Below are positions 28,555 through 36,664 of a stretch of DNA of 43,030 bases, piece by piece. The notes below the pieces were generated by a model. That model searched no databases. It worked only from the letters and a program-made list of their open reading frames with translations, and was not told the DNA's origin. The stretch's first letter is position 1. The number at the start of each line of letters is the position of its first letter. Source of the DNA: Planctomycetota bacterium (GTDB taxonomy: Bacteria > Planctomycetota > SZUA-567 > H5-PLA8); the NCBI GenBank assembly GCA_045863855.1, contig BTVV01000047.1, positions 1-43,030 on the forward strand, written 5' to 3'. Position numbers and translations under genes: made by a program.

Positions 28555-29244
28555 ATGAGCACCTTGCTGAGAGCCGTACTCTTCGACATGGATGGGCTCT
28601 TGATCGACAGCGAAGACCTTCACATGCGCGCCTTCGCCGCGACCGGCGCCGAACTGGGCTACGTGCGCGAGCCGCGCGAATACTCGTGCTGGATCGGGCA
28701 CAGCGCCATGGAATTGGCCGAATGGATGGTCGAACGCATCGAAATCAAAGTCGAGCCTGCCGAACTGCTGCGCCGCGAACAAGAAGCCTTCTTGAAGATC
28801 CTGCGCCAGGAACGCCCCGCCCCGCTCCCCGGTGTGCGCGAAATGTTCGACGGCTGCGACTCGCTAGGACTGGCGCGCGGACTGGTCAGCAGCACCGTCT
28901 ACCATCAAGTCGTGAAGACCATGGCCGTCGTGCTGCAGCACCTCGAACGCGAGCCCGTCCTCGAATCGCACTTCCGCACCGTCGTCACAGGGGACCGAGT
29001 GAGAAATTTAAAGCCCGACCCAGAGCCGTACGCGAAAGCCGCCGCCGGGCTGGGCCTAAAGCCCGAGCAATGCATGGTCTTCGAAGATTCCCCGGCCGGC
29101 GTAACCAGCGCCCGTGCCGCGGGCTGCAAGGTCGTCGCCATCCCAAACCTCTATCTCAAGCACGAAGAGATCGCGCCGCTTGCGCATGCGCATTTTCCCA
29201 CGCTCCGCGATGCCTACGCCGCGCGCGTCTGGGAACGCTGGTAG
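28555..29244 (+). CDS. HAD superfamily phosphatase (beta-PGM/CbbY-like)
   Basis: FDMDGLLIDSE, KPDPEPY, VFEDSPAG. Confidence 0.93.
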   Translation: MSTLLRAVLFDMDGLLIDSEDLHMRAFAATGAELGYVREPREYSCWIGHSAMELAEWMVERIEIKVEPAELLRREQEAFLKILRQERPAPLPGVREMFDGCDSLGLARGLVSSTVYHQVVKTMAVVLQHLEREPVLESHFRTVVTGDRVRNLKPDPEPYAKAAAGLGLKPEQCMVFEDSPAGVTSARAAGCKVVAIPNLYLKHEEIAPLAHAHFPTLRDAYAARVWERW

Positions 29245-29309
29245 TGCCGAAAGAATGGCCGCCAAGTGTGGATTAATTCAAGCGTGGGACGTCTCCGGAG
29301 GCGCGATCC

Positions 29310-30383
29310 GTGAGCTGCTCCAAACGGCCGATACTCGATACGCGATACGCAAAACGAAACACAGCCTTCCGCAAAGGAGTTCGCCTTTGCACATGGGCCT
29401 TGCTTGCCGGACTGGCTTGGGCGCCAAGCTTTGGCTTTGCGCAGGAATCGCCTGAAGCCGCCGTCGAAGTCGAAGCCACCGAAGATGCGGCCCCTGCCGC
29501 CATCCCTGCTCAGGCCACCTCCCTCACGCAGATTTTCCTATCGCTCAGCGGAGATGCGCTCTCCGGCGTCGGCGGAATGGCCTACGACCTGACCTCCGCA
29601 TCGGTCTTCTGGGGCATCGGGTTGGGCTTGCTGGCGGCGCTGGCCGGATTCCTGCTTTGGCGCGAACTGCGTCGGCGCGAAGCGCTGAACTGGAAAGGCA
29701 AGCGCATCGGATGGCTCGTGGCCGTCTGGTGCGTGGCGCTTACGGCGCTATCCGGTGCGGGGGGCGCTTACGGCGGCATGTGGTACGGCGGCGGGCGCTG
29801 CCTCAAGCATTACGTCGAAGAGCGCCGCGTCCTCGATCAGGCCGTCGCGCGGCTTTACTGCGCCATCGTCCTCGACCAGGCGGGCTATACGCCAAGCGGG
29901 CAGGAATCGCTGGAGCAGTTCGACCGGGCGCTCGCCGAATCCAAGGAACTCCAGCACATTGCCCGCGAAGACTTCGACGAAGGCGTCGCGACACTGGCGG
30001 GCGTCGAACCCGATGGGCTCCTGATGAGCTGGGCGCTGCGCGCGCTCTCGGCTTTGGTGGGCGATCAACTCGGACAAGCTGTGGCCGGAGCCGACCCCCG
30101 TGCGGCCTTCAGCTTCTTGATGAAAACCCCGAACGTGGAGGCTTACCTGAAGGAACATCCCGAAGCGAGCCCATGGATGGCCACCTTCGCCGAAGCGCTG
30201 CAATCGTTGCGCAAGCAGGCCGTCCGCACCATTGACGGCTGGGTCTACCCGAACGTCTTCGTGGGCCTGGCGCTGGGCTTTGGCTTTCCGCTGCTGGCCT
30301 TGGTCTTGTATCGCTGGGCAGCGAAGGCCCAAGCGGTGCCGGCCCCGCCGAGCAAGCCGGCGGCAGCGGCCACCGGAAGCTGA
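29310..30383 (+). CDS. Hypothetical membrane protein, start uncertain
   Basis: Long ORF with a signal-like segment (ALLAGLAWAPSFGFAQ) and three further hydrophobic segments. Confidence 0.7.
   Translation: MSCSKRPILDTRYAKRNTAFRKGVRLCTWALLAGLAWAPSFGFAQESPEAAVEVEATEDAAPAAIPAQATSLTQIFLSLSGDALSGVGGMAYDLTSASVFWGIGLGLLAALAGFLLWRELRRREALNWKGKRIGWLVAVWCVALTALSGAGGAYGGMWYGGGRCLKHYVEERRVLDQAVARLYCAIVLDQAGYTPSGQESLEQFDRALAESKELQHIAREDFDEGVATLAGVEPDGLLMSWALRALSALVGDQLGQAVAGADPRAAFSFLMKTPNVEAYLKEHPEASPWMATFAEALQSLRKQAVRTIDGWVYPNVFVGLALGFGFPLLALVLYRWAAKAQAVPAPPSKPAAAATGS
29329..29356. repeat. 7-mer tandem array
   Basis: CGATACT CGATACG CGATACG CAAAACG. Confidence 0.7.
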
Positions 30384-30508
30384 CGAGTTCACCGGGAAGC
30401 GTTCAAGCCGGAGCACCCTTCGGTTGGACGACCGTGCATATAGATCGTGTCGTGTGAAGCATAAGAGACACGCCGTGTTCCGTGTCTCCGTGCCGCTGTG
30501 GTAAAATC

Positions 30509-31390
30509 TTAAGCGATTCGCGCCATGATCTCGCGCATGTGGCGAGCTTTATTCAGTACGTAAAAGTGGACGCCCGGCGCGCCCTTCGCAAGCAGATCCT
30601 TCACCTGCATCGCGCACCATTCGATCCCAATCTGGGTGCAGCGTTCGTCGTCTTCGCCGGCCGCCTGAAGCTCTTTCAAAAGCGGCGCCGGCAGCTTCGA
30701 CCCGCACAGCGACGCGATGCGCTGGATCTGCTTCCCCGATTGAATCGGGAGCAGCCCCGGCACGATCGGCTGCGTGATGCCCAGCTTCCGCGCGTCGGCC
30801 ACGAAGCGGAAGAAGTCCGCGTTGTCGAAAAAAAGCTGCGTGACCACCACGTCGGCGCCGGTATCCACCTTGCGCTTCAAGTTGCGCAGATCGGCCGCGA
30901 AGTCCGGCGCCTGCACGTGCTTCTCGGGATACCCGGCCACCGCGATCCCGAAGCGCGGGCGCCCGGTCCGCTCGCACCAGCCGCGGATATGCGCCACCAG
31001 TTCGTTCGCGTGCGCCAGCCCGTCCGGCGGCGGCTTGAACTCGTCCTGCCCCGCCGGCGGATCGCCGCGCAGCGCCACGATGTTGTGGATCTCGTGCCGG
31101 GCCAGATTCGCGAGGATCTCGTCGAGCTGCGCGCGCGACGCGCCTACGCAGGTCAAATGGCTGGCCGTCTCCAGTTTGTACTCGCGCTTGATCAGCGCCG
31201 CGATCTCCAGCGTCCGCGCCTGCGTCGTGCCCATCGCGCCGTACGTGACGGTCATGAACGACGGCTGCAGCGCGAGCAGCTCCGGCAGGATCGCCTTCAG
31301 GCTCTCGAACGCCTTATCCGTCTTGGGCGGAAAGACCTCGAAGCTGATTACCGGTTTGGCGGCGTTGCGAAAGTAGTCGGGAAAGCGCAT
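30509..31390 (-). CDS. metF: 5,10-methylenetetrahydrofolate reductase
   Basis: SFEVFPPK, VTYGAMG, HLTCVG, ALRGDPP, AGYPEKH, TQLFFDN, HFYVLN. Confidence 0.96.
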   Translation of the reverse strand: MRFPDYFRNAAKPVISFEVFPPKTDKAFESLKAILPELLALQPSFMTVTYGAMGTTQARTLEIAALIKREYKLETASHLTCVGASRAQLDEILANLARHEIHNIVALRGDPPAGQDEFKPPPDGLAHANELVAHIRGWCERTGRPRFGIAVAGYPEKHVQAPDFAADLRNLKRKVDTGADVVVTQLFFDNADFFRFVADARKLGITQPIVPGLLPIQSGKQIQRIASLCGSKLPAPLLKELQAAGEDDERCTQIGIEWCAMQVKDLLAKGAPGVHFYVLNKARHMREIMARIA

Positions 31391-31603
31391 GAGACCGTTC
31401 ACCTAAGCCCATTCACCGCGTTAGTATTGCAAGTTCAAGTGCGTGGCGGCATGGCGCACTCGTTGACTTCCGACAAGCCGCACGTCACATCGCGGCACGT
31501 CCACCGCCTCGGCGGGCAGGCTCGTCGGCTTGCAACATGAACAACCGTCCCTATTCTTTTGCCTGAGCAGTCGACAATTGGCGCGGCCTTGGCGTCCTAG
31601 CGG

Positions 31604-33142
31604 TTAACTCCGTAACCGCGCCTCCGCCGCATCCAGGCTCCGCAGCAACGCCCGCGCCTTGTTCTGCGTCTCTTCGAACTCGCGCTCCGGCACGCTGTCG
31701 GCCACGATCCCCGCGCCGGCCTGGACGTGCGCATCCCACTTCCCGTCCGCGCGCGCCTGCATCACGAACGTGCGGATCGCGATGCAGGTGTTCAGATTGC
31801 CGAGCAGGTCGATCACCCCCACCGCACCGGCATACGGTCCGCGGCTGTCGGGCTCCAGTTCGTCGATGATCTCCATCGCGCGGATCTTCGGCGCGCCGGA
31901 GACCGTCCCCGCCGGATGGCTCGCGCGCAGTACGTCGAACGCGCCGCGATCCGGCTGCAAGCGCCCGTGCACGTTGCTGACGATGTGCATAACGTGGCTG
32001 TACTGCTCGATCACCATTTTCTCGGTCACTTCCACCGAACCGTAGTTCGAGACGCGCCCGACGTCGTTGCGGCCCAAGTCCAGCAGCATCACGTGCTCGG
32101 CGCGTTCTTTCTCGTCGGCGAGCAGTTCCGCGCCCAGCGCCGCGTCTTCTTCGGGTGTCGCGCCCCGCTTGCGCGTCCCGGCGATGGGCCGGACCGTCAG
32201 CAAGCCGTCCTGCAGCCGCGCCATCACCTCAGGCGAACTCCCGACCAGATGCACGTCCGGCGCTCGCAAATAGAACATGTACGGCGACGGATTGATCGCG
32301 CGCAGCGACCGGTACACCTCGAACGGCGGCGCCGTAGTCGTACGGCTGAAGCGCTGCGAGAGCACCACCTGGATGATGTCGCCCGCGCCGATGTAATCCT
32401 TGCAGCGCTCCACCCCGCGCTCGAACTCCGCGCGCGTCTGGTTGCTCTGCACCGCCCCCGGCGCTTCTCCGGCCGTGACGATCTCGCTGAACGGTTCGGC
32501 CCGCGGCGCGGTGAGCTTCTTCACCAGCGCATCCAGCGCTTCCTGCGCGCGCGCATACGCCGCATCCGCGCCGCCCGCGCGCGGATCGGCATGGTGAATC
32601 AAGTACACCACATTCTTGGCGTGGTCGAAGGCCAGCAGCGTGCGGTACACCGGCACCAGCACGTCAGGCACGCCCGGAAAGCCGCGCTTCGCCGGCGGCT
32701 TCTTGGCCAACCGCGCTTCGCACAGCCGCACGATGTCGTACCCCAAGTAGCCCACCGCTCCGCCGGCAAACGGCGGCACGCCCCACGCCGGATCGGGCGC
32801 CAGGCCGCGGTGCGCGGCCAGGTACGTTTCCAGCTCGGCCAGCGGATCGCCGGCGCACGGACGTTCCTTTTTACCGTCGCGTTCGACCGCCACTTGTGGC
32901 CTGGGCACCACCTCGCCGCGAAAGACCACCTCAGGCGCCGCGCCCACGAAGCTGTAGCGCCCGATCCGTTCGCCGCGTTCCACCGATTCCAGCAGGAAGC
33001 CGTACTCCGCGTCGGCCAGGCGCGTGAATGCCGCGACCGGCGTCAGCGTATCGGCCAGAAAGCGCCGGTGGACCGGGATCAACCGGTCGGGATGCCGCGC
33101 CGCCAGCGCACGGAATGCATTCAAATCGGGCGTCACGCTCAT
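31604..33142 (-). CDS. trpE: Anthranilate synthase component I
   Basis: ADTLTPV, LLESVE..GRYS, INPSPYM, GSSPE, PIAGTR, KERAEH.ML.DLGRND, HVMH, GTVSGAPK, QAGAGIVADS. Confidence 0.93.
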   Translation of the reverse strand: MSVTPDLNAFRALAARHPDRLIPVHRRFLADTLTPVAAFTRLADAEYGFLLESVERGERIGRYSFVGAAPEVVFRGEVVPRPQVAVERDGKKERPCAGDPLAELETYLAAHRGLAPDPAWGVPPFAGGAVGYLGYDIVRLCEARLAKKPPAKRGFPGVPDVLVPVYRTLLAFDHAKNVVYLIHHADPRAGGADAAYARAQEALDALVKKLTAPRAEPFSEIVTAGEAPGAVQSNQTRAEFERGVERCKDYIGAGDIIQVVLSQRFSRTTTAPPFEVYRSLRAINPSPYMFYLRAPDVHLVGSSPEVMARLQDGLLTVRPIAGTRKRGATPEEDAALGAELLADEKERAEHVMLLDLGRNDVGRVSNYGSVEVTEKMVIEQYSHVMHIVSNVHGRLQPDRGAFDVLRASHPAGTVSGAPKIRAMEIIDELEPDSRGPYAGAVGVIDLLGNLNTCIAIRTFVMQARADGKWDAHVQAGAGIVADSVPEREFEETQNKARALLRSLDAAEARLRS

Positions 33143-33171
33143 GAATCGAACTCGCACGGAGCCCCGCGCCT

Positions 33172-33256
33172 CCGCCCCGGCCCCCCCCGGCCCGGGGCGG
33201 GGGGGCGCCCCGGCCCCCCGCCCCCCCCCCGCGCCGCGGCGGGGGGGGGGCGCGGG
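33172..33256. repeat. 85-nt G/C-only tract forming two C-run/G-run hairpins
   Basis: No A or T between 33172 and 33256; includes a C10 run and a G10 run. Confidence 0.8.
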
Positions 33257-33382
33257 ACGCAAGCTCACCAAGGTAGTCGCCGCGCGTGAGGGCGCAAGTC
33301 GTGCTCCGAATGGAATCGCATGGGGTTGGCGTGGCGGTCCGGCGTGTTAGACTGCGTCGATCCATACAGGGAGTTTCAGGCG

Positions 33383-33772
33383 ATGAACGCCTCCGAAGCC
33401 GTGACTGAAGGCATCCGCATCCGCGTGCAGAGCCGCTACCTGGAGTCGGAGTCGGATCCCAAGCGCGAGCATTACTTCTTCGCGTATACGGTCCGCATCA
33501 GCAACGAAGGCACGCTCCCCGCGCAGCTCATCTCGCGGCACTGGGTCATCCGCGACAGCCACGGGGCCCGGGACGACGTCCGCGGGCCCGGCGTCGTCGG
33601 CAAACAGCCGCATCTGGAGCCCGGCGAGCAGTTCGAATACACGAGCGCCTGTCCGCTGCGCACGCCGCTGGGCCAGATGCAAGGCACGTACCTTATGCAG
33701 CGCGACGACGGAGCCGAGTTCGAAGCGCGCATCGCGCCGTTCAGCCTTGCGGCGCCCGAAGTCTCGGGCTGA
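33383..33772 (+). CDS. apaG: ApaG protein
   Basis: YFFAYTVRISN, QLISRHW.I.D, V.GPGVVGKQP.L.PGE.FEYTS.CPL.TP.G.M.G.Y. Confidence 0.96.
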   Translation: MNASEAVTEGIRIRVQSRYLESESDPKREHYFFAYTVRISNEGTLPAQLISRHWVIRDSHGARDDVRGPGVVGKQPHLEPGEQFEYTSACPLRTPLGQMQGTYLMQRDDGAEFEARIAPFSLAAPEVSG

Positions 33773-33893
33773 AATGGACAAGTTCGGCCTCACGAGCGCC
33801 CGTCCGCGGCCGTCAAAATGCTTGTATTCGGGCATCTTCCCCGTAGAAGGGGAAAGCTGTTGATTCAACTGATTCAGCCGGCGGAACGATGCT

Positions 33894-34505
33894 ATGAGCA
33901 GTCCTTCGGGATCTTCCACGCGCCGCTATCTTAAAGGCGAACAGACCCGCGACCAGATCCTGCAGACCGCCAAAAGGCTCTTCACGCAGAAGGGTTACCA
34001 CAACACCAGCATCTACGACCTCTTCGAAGACGCGCGCATCACCAAAGGCGCGTTTTACCACCACTGGCGCACCAAAGAAGACCTGGCGTTGACGATCCTG
34101 GATGAAATTCGAAACAGCTACACGCAGCACTATTACCCCGTGCTGGAACAGGAGATGAAGGCGCGCGAAAAGATCGAAACGACGCTGCGCAAGATCGAGG
34201 AACTCCACCGCAACAAAGACTGGTCCTACTGCAAGCTCCTCGCGACCTGGAGCAGCGAACTCTCCCCCGACCAGGACGAACTGGGCCGCACGGTCCACGA
34301 AATTCGAACCCGCTGGCTGGCGTTCTGGGAGTTGCTCCTGCACCAAGCCCAAGAGCAAGGCGACCTGCGTAAAGATATCGCCCCGCGCGACCTGAGCTTC
34401 GTGGTGACCAGCGCGATCTGCGGCGTTTACCTAATGGATAAGTCCGAAGACGAGTCGACGATCCACGGGGCGATGGAAACACTTCGGAAGCTATTGCTCA
34501 CCTAG
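33894..34505 (+). CDS. TetR/AcrR family transcriptional regulator
   Basis: TRDQILQTAKRLFTQKGYHNTSI...ITKGAFYHHWRTKEDL. Confidence 0.93.
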   Translation: MSSPSGSSTRRYLKGEQTRDQILQTAKRLFTQKGYHNTSIYDLFEDARITKGAFYHHWRTKEDLALTILDEIRNSYTQHYYPVLEQEMKAREKIETTLRKIEELHRNKDWSYCKLLATWSSELSPDQDELGRTVHEIRTRWLAFWELLLHQAQEQGDLRKDIAPRDLSFVVTSAICGVYLMDKSEDESTIHGAMETLRKLLLT

Positions 34506-34592
34506 TGCAAGTCAGCCGGGCCAATCAGAAACCGCCAGAATTTCAGGTTTATGCACACGCGCAATCCTGTCTCGAAATGGAACATGCAATAA

Positions 34593-34648
34593 AACCAACC
34601 GGTTGGTTGTTAATCATATTGACACAGTCTTCACCATGTGATTTAGTT
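34593..34648 (+). promoter_or_regulatory. Perfect 16-bp palindrome (TetR-type operator) followed by a -35 hexamer
   Basis: AACCAACCGGTTGGTT at 34593-34608; TTGACA at 34619-34624; non-consensus AT-rich -10 region near 34642. Confidence 0.7.
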
Positions 34649-34649
34649 A

Positions 34650-35302
34650 GGGTGCATCTACCGAGAATAGACCTAGATCGGACGCAAAGCACCTGTTTGT
34701 AAGGGATTAAAGATTAGGAAATAATTAGTAAGACCTTCGGAGCAAAATAGTTCAGGAAAGAGAGAGGATCATCTCAAAAGCTTGAAGAAACCGACTGGTA
34801 CGGCTGTCTAAGAAGTAGAAGCACTGAAAAGAAGAGATAGACGCGCTGAATAAGGTGAGAACCGAAGACTGGCGCAGAGGTTGCTAAGGCACTTGAAAGA
34901 AAGCACCTTAAGTCCGGAAAGCAGGACCCGAAAAGTAAGGAAGGTTGAACGAGCAGATTGAGTTCTCCCGGATGGCGCTCTGAGGGACGGAGTCCTTGGA
35001 AACCCCTCCTCCACGTCCGTCCCGAAGGGCGGCATCCGGGAGGCTGACAACAAGAGAAACGGTTCGGCGCGCGGGCGCTGGACGCACAAGAGCTGGCCTT
35101 AGCAGAAGGAGGTTCCGAAGTAGCGACACGCGGGCGGGGAAGAGACCAAGGTTGACCCTCCGTAGTACTTAACGAAGGTCTCCTTTCCCACGATTAATGG
35201 CTCACCCCACATCCGCAGTTCAATCGACTTTGGTCTGACCCCGCCCCGTGCCGCACGGACCTTCTTAAAAAAGCCCGACCGCAACCCGGTCGGGCTTTTT
35301 TT
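34650..35302 (+). ncRNA. Candidate large structured non-coding RNA, family not recognised
   Basis: No credible ORF; purine-rich 5' half; long hairpins at 34965-35042 and 35104-35265; promoter-like elements upstream and a terminator at the 3' end. Confidence 0.55.
35267..35302 (+). terminator. Rho-independent terminator, potentially bidirectional
   Basis: AAAAAAGCCCGACCG-CAACC-CGGTCGGGCTTTTTTT. Confidence 0.92.
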
Positions 35303-35477
35303 ATGCCCTCGATTTTCCAAAAGCACTCCGAACGCACCTTGTTAAGATGGCTGCACCCGGAGGTCCGGGTGGCGAACGGCCGGGCGATGGGCTGCGGCCG
35401 AGTGGGCACCGAAAAGTGGCTGAGCCGGCGGAAAATCGGCCGGGGCGGCGATCGGCGGACCTTGGAGGATAGCGGCT

Positions 35478-36083
35478 ATGAACTTCGTTTCGATGCTGAC
35501 CTTGGGAATCGAACCGGTCTGGATTGTCCTGGGCGTCCTGGCCGTGGTGACGCTCGTCGTCATCGCTTGGTTCGTCGGCTCGTACAACGGGCTGGTACGG
35601 ATCCGGAACGAAGTGCGCAACCAATGGAGCCAGATCGACGTGCAGCTCAAGCGCCGCCACGATCTGATCCCGAACCTCGTGAATGTGGTGAAGGACTACA
35701 TGGGGTTCGAACAGGAAACGCTGGAGAACGTGACGAAGGCGCGCAACCTGGCCATGGCCGCCTCGGGCCAGGGGCAAGCTCAACAGGCCGCCGCCGAGAC
35801 GCAGCTCACTCGTGCGCTGGGGGGGCTGTACGTGGTGATGGAGAACTACCCGGAACTGAAGGCGAACAAGAACGTTTCGGAGCTTCAGGAAGAACTGACC
35901 AGCACCGAGAACCGGATCGCGTACGCGCGGCAGTTCTACAACGATACGGTGATGCGCTTCGACACGATGCGGGAGCAGATCCCGACGAACATCGTGGCGG
36001 GGATGTGCGGGTTCCGGCAGGAGTTCCAGATGTGGAAGACGGAAGACGCGGAGAAGGCGGTGCCGAAGGTGAGCCTGCGGTGA
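35478..36083 (+). CDS. lemA: LemA family protein
   Basis: YNGLV..RN, WSQIDVQLKRRHDLIPNLV, ENYPELKAN, LQEELTSTENRIAYARQFYND; GGAGG RBS. Confidence 0.95.
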   Translation: MNFVSMLTLGIEPVWIVLGVLAVVTLVVIAWFVGSYNGLVRIRNEVRNQWSQIDVQLKRRHDLIPNLVNVVKDYMGFEQETLENVTKARNLAMAASGQGQAQQAAAETQLTRALGGLYVVMENYPELKANKNVSELQEELTSTENRIAYARQFYNDTVMRFDTMREQIPTNIVAGMCGFRQEFQMWKTEDAEKAVPKVSLR

Positions 36084-36088
36084 GGCAG

Positions 36089-36110
36089 GTGAGCGGTGAG
36101 CGGCGAGCGG
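36089..36110. repeat. 7-mer tandem array
   Basis: GTGAGCG GTGAGCG GCGAGCG directly after the lemA stop codon. Confidence 0.65.
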
Positions 36111-36121
36111 TTTGCCCGCAG

Positions 36122-36451
36122 ATGCATTCGATGCTTAATCGCCTTCGCTTCAGCTTAGCGACCGCCATCCTGATGATGCTGACTGGCGCCGTCATGATAG
36201 GGCTTAATGTAATTGGAACGGAGCACAGCAATCGCCAAGGCATTCCATTCCGGTCTAAGGGTTGGCCAGCCCCTTATTATATTGAATATGAAGGTAAGTT
36301 TGACCAGCCCGTATGGACGCCCGCATTCGTGATCATCGATTTAGTCGCCTTAGTCGGCGTTCTTTTGTTGGTCGGTTTTATTTCCGAAAAGCTATTCGGG
36401 AAATTGTCCGGTGCAATAAGCGATGCTGGGACTCGACCCGACCACCGATAA
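36122..36451 (+). CDS. Small AT-rich two-transmembrane protein
   Basis: 3' part of ORF 35303..36451 from ATG 36122: RLRFSLATAILMMLTGAVMIGLN...GWP...W...IIDLVALVGVLLLVGFISE. About 48% GC by my count over 36181-36420. Confidence 0.7.
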   Translation: MHSMLNRLRFSLATAILMMLTGAVMIGLNVIGTEHSNRQGIPFRSKGWPAPYYIEYEGKFDQPVWTPAFVIIDLVALVGVLLLVGFISEKLFGKLSGAISDAGTRPDHR

Positions 36452-36664
36452 AATTGCCCACTGCGGTCGGATGTATCAGAGGTACGACTTCAGCGTTTAA
36501 GAAGATGGCTAACGCCGGCCGGGCTCGTAACTCGCGCGAACAATGCCTTGCTTCGGAGCCGATCCTTTAAGCGCATATTGCGCGACCCCTAAAGCGTTTA
36601 CTTATGTCTACCCATGCTTTGAGGCACAAGTTTTTCAGGGTTCAACGGCATACTATGGATGCAT

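Noticed and set aside
31391..31603. Possible SAM/SAH riboswitch upstream of metF
   Set aside because: Some pairing potential (CAAGCCG/CGGCTTG), but I could not find the conserved core of SAM-I, SAM-II or SAH riboswitches on the minus strand.
34849..34866. T-box-like sequence AATAAGGTGAGAACCG
   Set aside because: It lacks the invariant TGG-N-ACC, is about 400 nt from the terminator, and no amino-acid-related gene follows.
34650..35265. CsrB/Rsm-like RNA based on many GGA trinucleotides
   Set aside because: The GGA count is roughly what the purine-rich composition predicts, and I did not see them consistently in hairpin loops.
34808..35409. Short minus-strand ORFs in the tetR-lemA gap
   Set aside because: Leu/Ser/Phe-rich translations of the pyrimidine-rich strand, with no motifs and atypical codon usage.
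35303..36121. N-terminal 273 aa of ORF 35303..36451
   Set aside because: Off-frame overlap with lemA; only the part from ATG 36122 looks like a real protein.
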